Below are positions 27,455-33,567 of a DNA stretch of 33,567 nt, piece by piece. Under the pieces are notes generated by a model. It was given only the letters and a program-made list of their open reading frames with translations, made no database searches and had not been told where the DNA came from. The translations under genes were made by a program, and so were the position numbers. The DNA is taken from the sequence record SRR31156797_450. The stretch is one strand, 5' to 3'. Each line of letters starts with the position of its first letter. The first letter of the stretch is position 1.

Positions 27455-28231
27455 TTATTGTTTTGAAATATATTCGTATGCAGTTGTACCATAAACTCTT
27501 TTAAAATGTCTATTTAAGTGAGATAAGTCGGTAAATCCAAATTCAACTACACAAGCATATAAATCTTTTGTAATATCAAGATATTTTTTTGCATGGATAA
27601 GTTTTGTGTTTAAAAAATATTGATAAGGACTAAGTCCTGTATTTGATTTAAACATTCTTATAAACTGGAATTTTGATATATTAAACTCTTTTGACATCAT
27701 TTCAATATCTAAAACATCATCAAGTTCATAATACATTATCTCTTTAACTTTTTTTATAAAATCAGATTCATTTTTGTATTCGTTTAAAAAATCTTTTGAA
27801 GAAAAATTATCAATCATATTCAAATATAGTTCTCTGCAAAAAGCTTCATCTTTTTGGTTTAAAATTGCACTTCCTAGATTTAAAATATCATTTTTTATTT
27901 TTTCATCATAAATTACTGGGTTTGAAAATTTTACAATATCTTTTTTTTCTAAACCTTCTAAAAATAGTTCAGGTTTAATATAAAGCATTACATAATCTAA
28001 CCCCTCTTTATAATGCCCAGCATTGCCGTCATGTATTTGCTCAGGATTGAAAAGCATTACACCATTTTTATATGAAGTTTGTAATACACCATCTAAATTA
28101 TACTCTTGGATACCTCTTAATGTTACTCCAACTGCATATTCTTCATGGGCGTGTTTTTTATAAGAAAATTTATTCATACTAGCTTTTAGAGCAGTAATTC
28201 CAAGGGCGTTTTTATATATAAATTTGTCCAT
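27455..28231 (-). CDS. AraC-family regulator with N-terminal cupin domain (paralog 1)
   Basis: KHAHEEY...IHDG; SKFQFIRMFK...GLSPYQY; GFTDLSHLNRHFKRVYGTT. Confidence 0.95.
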   Translation of the reverse strand: MDKFIYKNALGITALKASMNKFSYKKHAHEEYAVGVTLRGIQEYNLDGVLQTSYKNGVMLFNPEQIHDGNAGHYKEGLDYVMLYIKPELFLEGLEKKDIVKFSNPVIYDEKIKNDILNLGSAILNQKDEAFCRELYLNMIDNFSSKDFLNEYKNESDFIKKVKEIMYYELDDVLDIEMMSKEFNISKFQFIRMFKSNTGLSPYQYFLNTKLIHAKKYLDITKDLYACVVEFGFTDLSHLNRHFKRVYGTTAYEYISKQ

Positions 28232-28236
28232 AAGTG

Positions 28237-28316
28237 ATTATACTAAAGTATAATTTTTTTTCATAGTACATTCTTGCAATAATGTTCTATCCAAAAGTTT
28301 TAAAAAGTTATATAAT
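28237..28316. promoter_or_regulatory. Divergent araC/eamA promoter with two back-to-back 18-bp motifs
   Basis: CATAGTACATTC-TTGCAA-TAATGTTCTATC (28262-28291), with TATAAT 19 nt away on each side (28237-28242 minus, 28311-28316 plus). Confidence 0.78.
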
Positions 28317-28344
28317 TCCCATTTTTTTAAACAAAGGAATTATT

Positions 28345-29235
28345 ATGTTAAAAAATATGCCATATATTTTATTTTGGACTTTGGGACTTGTATGGGGTTC
28401 AAACTTTATTTACATGAAATTAGCAAGTGAGTATTTATCGGAGATTCAAATAGTTTTAATAAGAGTTTTATTTGCTTTTATGCCTGTTTATTTATATGCA
28501 AAATATTTAAAAGTTTTAAAAATTGAACACTTAAAGTATAGTTTACATTTTTTTATAATGTCTTTACTTGCAACTACAATATATTATTACTTTTTTATAA
28601 AAGCATCATCTCTATTGTTATCAGGTGTTGCAGGAGCATTAAGTGGAACAATTCCACTATTTACTTTTATATTAGCTGTTTTATTTATAAATGAGGAGAA
28701 AATTACTTTTTCAAGAGTTTTAGGCTTATTAATTGGCTTATCAGGAGTGGTTCTGATTTCAAAACCTTTCAATTCAAATTTATTTGAGGCAAATTTTGAA
28801 GGAGTTATGTATATGATTATAGGTTCAATTATTTTTGGTATTTCATTTGTATATGCTAAAAAATTCATTTCACCATTAAATATACATTTTGCAGCACTCA
28901 CGACATATCAATTAGGTTTTGCACTAATTTTGTTACTTTTTATAACTGATTATAATGGCATTGATAATATATTATCAGATACTCATGTATTACTTGGATT
29001 AGTAATTGGACTTGGATTATTAGGTACGGGATTAGCTTATATTATATATTATTATTTGATAGAAAAATTAGGAGCTGTGAATGCTTCATCGGTTACTTAT
29101 ATTCTACCTGTAGTTGCTCTTCTTATTGGATATTTTTTAGTTGGAGAAAACATTACTTTTGTAGATATTATTGCAACTTGTTTAATTTTTTCAGGAGTGT
29201 TTCTAATTAATAAAAAAGAAATAAAGTCTAATTAG
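28345..29235 (+). CDS. EamA/DMT-family transporter
   Basis: Start at 28345 (AAGGA SD, matches the paralogous fragment) rather than 28282; LVWGSNFIYMK; GTGLAYIIYYYLIEKLGAVNASSVTY; about 10 TM segments. Confidence 0.93.
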   Translation: MLKNMPYILFWTLGLVWGSNFIYMKLASEYLSEIQIVLIRVLFAFMPVYLYAKYLKVLKIEHLKYSLHFFIMSLLATTIYYYFFIKASSLLLSGVAGALSGTIPLFTFILAVLFINEEKITFSRVLGLLIGLSGVVLISKPFNSNLFEANFEGVMYMIIGSIIFGISFVYAKKFISPLNIHFAALTTYQLGFALILLLFITDYNGIDNILSDTHVLLGLVIGLGLLGTGLAYIIYYYLIEKLGAVNASSVTYILPVVALLIGYFLVGENITFVDIIATCLIFSGVFLINKKEIKSN

Positions 29236-29993
29236 TTTGAAATATATTCATAAGCTGTTACACCATAAACTCTTTTAAAATGTCTATTAAAATGGGATAA
29301 ATCAGAATATGAAAACTTTACTAGAGTGTCATATATATCTTTGTTTTTTTCAAGATGTTTTTTTGCATGAATCAATTTAGTATTTAAAAAATATTGATAT
29401 GGTGTAATCCCTGTGTTTGCCTTAAACATTCTTATAAATTGAAATTTAGATAAATTTAGTTCTTTTGATATTTTGTCTAAATTTAATATATCATTGAGTT
29501 CATAGTAAATCATATCTTTAGCTCTTTGAATTAGTATGTTCTCTTTTTTGTAATCAAGAACAAAATCTTTAGAACTAAAATTATCAATTAGATTCAAATA
29601 TAATTCATTACATAAAGATTCATCTTTTTGAGTTAAAATTACACTACATAAATTTAATATGTCATATCTAAGTTTTTCATTTTTCATAATTGATGGAGAA
29701 AGTTTAACTATATCTTTTTTTTCTAATCCTTCTAAAAAAAGTTCTGGTTTTATATAAAGCATTACATAATCATATTGACTATCTATTCCGTCGTGAATTT
29801 CATCTGGGTTTATAAATATTACTTCATTTTTATGGGAAGCTTGGGATATACCTTTTAGTTGATATTTTTGAATACCATCTAATGTAACACCTATTGCATA
29901 TTCTTCGTGGCTGTGTTTTTTATAAGAAAATTTGTTGATGTTAGCTTTTAGTGCAGTAATTCCAAGGGTATTTTTGTATATAAATTTATCCAT
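29232..29993 (-). CDS. AraC-family regulator with cupin domain (paralog 2)
   Basis: KHSHEEY...IHDG; SKFQFIRMFK; SDLSHFNRHFKRVYGVT; clearly paralogous to 27455..28231. Confidence 0.95.
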   Translation of the reverse strand: MDKFIYKNTLGITALKANINKFSYKKHSHEEYAIGVTLDGIQKYQLKGISQASHKNEVIFINPDEIHDGIDSQYDYVMLYIKPELFLEGLEKKDIVKLSPSIMKNEKLRYDILNLCSVILTQKDESLCNELYLNLIDNFSSKDFVLDYKKENILIQRAKDMIYYELNDILNLDKISKELNLSKFQFIRMFKANTGITPYQYFLNTKLIHAKKHLEKNKDIYDTLVKFSYSDLSHFNRHFKRVYGVTAYEYISN

Positions 29994-30042
29994 CAGTAAT
30001 TATACTTAATTGTTCTTTTTTTCATATTATATTATTACAAGT

Positions 30043-30630
30043 TTAAAATTTATCTATTCCTGAAATCATATAAGCACAATAAACTAAAAATAAAGATAAT
30101 ACAATATTTGTAAATCTCTTATATTTTTGTAAAAAGTTTTTCAACAATTTTCCAAATAAAACCCAAGAAAAAAATGCAATTATACCTATTACTGTAATAA
30201 TTAAAGCAAATACTAACAACTCATAAATAGAACTATAATATGGCATGATAAAACTTGGAAAAACAGTTAAACAAAATATTACTACTTTTGGATTAATAAA
30301 TTGCATTAAAAATCCTATTTTAAAGTTTCCTATCTCTTTTTTATTTGTATTTGATAAATCCATATTAAAAATTAGATAAGCCAAGTAAAGTATATATATT
30401 GCTCCAATCATTTGCATCACAAAAAGTATATTTGGAATATACTTTGTAAGTAAAGAATTAAAAAGTACTGACAAAATTAGAATAATACCAAAAGCTAATG
30501 CTGCTCCATAACAAAACTCAATTGCTTTTGTAACACTGACATTTTGAACAGTTGATAATATTACAATATTTGCAGGTCCAGGTGCTATAGTTATTAATAA
30601 ACAATATAATAAGAAAAAGCTAATGTCCAT
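30043..30630 (-). CDS. LysE-family exporter (EamB/YfiK-like)
   Basis: IAPGPANIVIL; GAIYILYLAY; GFLMQFINPK; AGGA SD. Confidence 0.9.
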   Translation of the reverse strand: MDISFFLLYCLLITIAPGPANIVILSTVQNVSVTKAIEFCYGAALAFGIILILSVLFNSLLTKYIPNILFVMQMIGAIYILYLAYLIFNMDLSNTNKKEIGNFKIGFLMQFINPKVVIFCLTVFPSFIMPYYSSIYELLVFALIITVIGIIAFFSWVLFGKLLKNFLQKYKRFTNIVLSLFLVYCAYMISGIDKF

Positions 30631-30656
30631 AAGATATCCTAAAAAATATTTTTAGA

Positions 30657-30699
30657 AGTATATTTCTTATAAACTTTTATGCATAGTACATTGTTGCTA
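30657..30699 (-). promoter_or_regulatory. 18-bp motif promoter of the LysE gene
   Basis: Minus strand TAGCAACAATGTACTATG (30699-30682), 19 nt upstream of TATACT. Confidence 0.7.
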
Positions 30700-30734
30700 T
30701 TTACCTATAATATTTTGTTAATTGAAAAACTAAA

Positions 30735-31016
30735 TTAATAAAATCTATGCCTATTCAATTTATATAAAAGCTCCTTATATATACATTCATTTAGCCTAAA
30801 ATGTATCTCTTTTATTTTAGATATATGAAAAAACTCTGAGAATAAATCTTGCTTATTGTTTATATCTTCTTTGAAAATTTTATAATTAACCTCTTTCATA
30901 TCTTTATCAAAAACAATATTAAAACACTCAGCATCTTCGTATATATACTCTACATCATTGTTATTAAATAACTTTTTTTGTTGCAATTCTTTCCATAATT
31001 TTAAATTAATGCACAT
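30735..31016 (-). CDS. Hypothetical protein, divergent from lysR
   Basis: 93-aa ORF filling the gap, AAGGA upstream; no recognised motif. Confidence 0.6.
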   Translation of the reverse strand: MCINLKLWKELQQKKLFNNNDVEYIYEDAECFNIVFDKDMKEVNYKIFKEDINNKQDLFSEFFHISKIKEIHFRLNECIYKELLYKLNRHRFY

Positions 31017-31065
31017 TAAAACTAATCCTTCAAAATCAATTTAATTTAATAAATTTTATTGTATA

Positions 31066-31115
31066 TTATCATTTTAAGTTATTGAAGTCAAATTATCCAT
31101 AACTTAAAATGATAA
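31066..31115. promoter_or_regulatory. Perfect 17-bp inverted repeat with LysR-type T-N11-A boxes
   Basis: TTATCATTTTAAGTTAT-N16-ATAACTTAAAATGATAA, ending next to the lysR SD. Confidence 0.7.
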
Positions 31116-31126
31116 AAGGAGTATAA

Positions 31127-31954
31127 ATGGATTCACATTTATTAAAAGTATTTGTAGCAGTTGCAAAAAAAGGCAATATATCACAAGCTGCTATAGAATT
31201 AGATTGTGCCCAATCTAATGTAACATCTAGAATTAAACAATTAGAAAAAAACTTAGACATAAAACTATTTAACAGAGTATCAAAAGGTGTAAAACTAACA
31301 TATGAGGGAGAAAAGTTATACCCAGATGCTGTTGAAATTATTCATAAACTTGAAGAAGCAGAAGCAAAAATAAAAAATCTAAACAAACAAGAGATATTAA
31401 AAGTATCATCTACACAAGTAAATGCTCCTATAAGACTTGTACCTTTTATTTCAAAATTAAAAAAAGATTTTCCAGAAAAAAAAATAGAACTTTATACAAA
31501 TACATCTTTATTGGTAATTGACTCAATTCTCAATTATGATGTAGATATTGGATTTATATGTGGAAAAACTAAACATAAAGATATAAAAATTTTAAAAGAG
31601 TTTGAAGAAGAATTATATATAGTAGAAGCCTTAAATGACAATATTCAAAACTGCGTATTTACTTATATTGATTCTTGTATCTATTATATATATTTAGCAT
31701 CATTGTTAAGAAGTGAAGGCAATAATGATTTTGAAACAGTAACAATTGAAAACTACGAAACTATTTTAGCTTGTGTTGAACTTGGGATGGGAAGAGCAAT
31801 ACTACCAATAAACTTGATTAAAAAATATGGATATGAAAATAAACTAAAAGTGAAAAAAGTTGATGATTCAAACACAAATTTTTCTACTTGTTTAATTTGT
31901 AGAAAAGACAATGAACCTAATGAAATCAATTATTTTAAAAATATAGAATTATAA
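31127..31954 (+). CDS. LysR-family transcriptional regulator
   Basis: GNISQAAIELDCAQSNVTSRIKQLEKNLDIKLFNR HTH; ILACVELGMG. Confidence 0.95.
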   Translation: MDSHLLKVFVAVAKKGNISQAAIELDCAQSNVTSRIKQLEKNLDIKLFNRVSKGVKLTYEGEKLYPDAVEIIHKLEEAEAKIKNLNKQEILKVSSTQVNAPIRLVPFISKLKKDFPEKKIELYTNTSLLVIDSILNYDVDIGFICGKTKHKDIKILKEFEEELYIVEALNDNIQNCVFTYIDSCIYYIYLASLLRSEGNNDFETVTIENYETILACVELGMGRAILPINLIKKYGYENKLKVKKVDDSNTNFSTCLICRKDNEPNEINYFKNIEL

Positions 31955-31965
31955 AAGGAATAAAA

Positions 31966-32295
31966 TTGGGAAAACTATTTATATATGGAACACTTGCACC
32001 TGGAAGACCAAATGAACATAAACTAAGTGATATAAAAGGAGTTTGGGAAGAAGCAACAGTAAAAGGAAGACTTCACCAAGAAGGATGGGGAGCACAGATG
32101 GGATATCCTGGAATTGTTTTAGATGAAACTGCCCAAAGTGTTCAAGGATTTTTATTTAGTTCAGATGAACTTTACAAAAAGTGGGAACTTTTAGATTCTT
32201 TTGAAGGAGATGAGTATCAAAGAACACTTACAAAAGTACAACTTAGTGATGGTTCTATTGAAGAAGCATTTATTTATGAATTGAATCAAAAGTAA
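31966..32295 (+). CDS. Gamma-glutamylcyclotransferase-like (AIG2/YtfP) protein
   Basis: LFIYGTL; GYPGI; LDSFEGDEYQR; TTG start with AAGGA. Confidence 0.9.
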   Translation: MGKLFIYGTLAPGRPNEHKLSDIKGVWEEATVKGRLHQEGWGAQMGYPGIVLDETAQSVQGFLFSSDELYKKWELLDSFEGDEYQRTLTKVQLSDGSIEEAFIYELNQK

Positions 32296-32299
32296 GTTT

Positions 32300-33436
32300 A
32301 TGAAAAAACTAGATTTATTTATTTTAGTATATTGCATAATAATTGTCTTTTCAGTTATGTATGCAACTCAACCTTTACAACCATTGCTTGCAAAAGAGTT
32401 TGATATTTCTATTACTAAAGCTTCTCAATTTACGGCTGTGATTATGCTATTTTTAGCTGTTTCACCAATTATTTATGGATATATTTTAGAAAAAGTAAAT
32501 GCAAAAAAGATGTTAATAAACTCTTCAATGATTTTATTTGTAACAAATATCTTACTTGGACTTTCTTATAACTATGAATTTTTCTTATTATTTAGAACTA
32601 TTGAGGCTTTAGTAGTACCTGCTATATTAACTTCACTTATGAGTATACTTGCAAATATAGATAAAGATAATATCAAAAAAAATATGTCAATTTATGTAGC
32701 GGCTACTGTATTTGGTGGACTTGTTGGTAGAGTTTTCTCGGGATTCATTGCCACTACATTTTCTTATGAGTATGTATTTTATTCATTGTCTTTAGGTATT
32801 TTAATTTCTTTATATTTTATAAATAAATTCACTTATGAAGGGGAAGCAACAATTGTTAAACCAAAAATAAGTGATGTAACTTCAATACTAAAAGATAAAA
32901 GATTCTCAACAATTTACTTACTTATGTTTTGCATATTTTTTGTGTTTGCAGGAGTTTTAAATGTCTTACCTTTTAGATTAAAGGAGATATCAAATGATAT
33001 ATCTGAGTTTCGTATTTCACTTTTATATTTAGGTTATGGGATGGGAATATTAGTGTCATTAAACTCAAAAAAGATTATTAAATTTTTTAAAAGTGAATTA
33101 AATACTATTTTATTTGGAATTGTATTTTTCTTATCTATAACAATATTTCTAAAAATACCAAATGTTTTAGTAATGTTTGGATTAATATTCCTTTTTTGTT
33201 TAGGTATGTTTACAGTTCATACAGTAAGTACTGGTCTTGCAAACTCATTAAGAGCTTCTCAAAAATCTCTAACATCAGGAATGTATTTATCTTTTTATTA
33301 TCTTGGTGGTGCAGTAGGTTCTTTTGTTCCTTCTATTATTTATGAAAAATATGGATGGGATGTTGTTCTTTACACATTTTGTATTATCTTATGTGTAATT
33401 TTAATATTAATAATAAATCGTAGAAAAATATTTTAA
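32300..33436 (+). CDS. MFS transporter (YnfM-like)
   Basis: MYATQPLQPLL; GGLVGR; SGMYLSFYYLGGAVGS; about 12 TM segments. Confidence 0.9.
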   Translation: MKKLDLFILVYCIIIVFSVMYATQPLQPLLAKEFDISITKASQFTAVIMLFLAVSPIIYGYILEKVNAKKMLINSSMILFVTNILLGLSYNYEFFLLFRTIEALVVPAILTSLMSILANIDKDNIKKNMSIYVAATVFGGLVGRVFSGFIATTFSYEYVFYSLSLGILISLYFINKFTYEGEATIVKPKISDVTSILKDKRFSTIYLLMFCIFFVFAGVLNVLPFRLKEISNDISEFRISLLYLGYGMGILVSLNSKKIIKFFKSELNTILFGIVFFLSITIFLKIPNVLVMFGLIFLFCLGMFTVHTVSTGLANSLRASQKSLTSGMYLSFYYLGGAVGSFVPSIIYEKYGWDVVLYTFCIILCVILILIINRRKIF

Positions 33437-33447
33437 AAGGAATTATC

Positions 33448-33567
33448 ATGATAAATATTCAAAGATTGGATCACTTAGTTTTAACAGTAAAGGATATTAA
33501 TAAAACAGTTGAGTTTTATGAAAAACTAGGAATGAAAAAAGAGATTTTTAAAGAAACAAGAGTTGCT
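33448..33567 (+). CDS. VOC/glyoxalase-family protein, 3' end outside the window
   Basis: AAGGA SD; MINIQRLDHLVLTVKDINKTVEFYEKLGM; open to the window end; not in the ORF track. Confidence 0.88.
   Translation, partial: MINIQRLDHLVLTVKDINKTVEFYEKLGMKKEIFKETRVA

Noticed and set aside
16816..28901. Short antisense or overlapping ORFs (16816, 17412, 17762, 18779, 21353, 23009, 27796, 28587)
   Set aside because: Shadows of membrane-protein or regulator genes, with no independent evidence.

Overview
AT-rich bacterial chromosomal segment. AAGGA ribosome-binding sites, TATAAT-type -10 boxes and the protein styles suggest Campylobacterota, most likely Arcobacteraceae (inference). Left half, surface and secretion functions: the 3' part of an HMW1A/HxuA-type two-partner-secretion exoprotein with its TpsB, a small secreted His/Met-rich repeat protein, a 1245-aa BapA-like type I secretion substrate with TolC/ABC/HlyD, and a convergent kinase-regulator-kinase operon. 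Right half, efflux and export: MATE, an SMR+RND tripartite operon with TetR and a truncated TetR paralog, two AraC paralogs with LysE/EamA exporters, a chimeric EamA/LysE pseudogene, and LysR-GGCT-MFS-VOC. The strongest signals not explained by the gene list are regulatory: (i) four 11-bp-phased boxes before the T1SS substrate, next to two paralogous kinases with complementary motif changes; (ii) one 15-bp operator-like motif shared by the MATE and SMR-RND promoters; (iii) one 18-bp motif at fixed spacing to the -10 box in five AraC-cluster promoters, with both AraC genes apparently leaderless. No rRNA, tRNA, CRISPR array or transposase was recognised. All family calls come from motif recognition by eye, not database searches.
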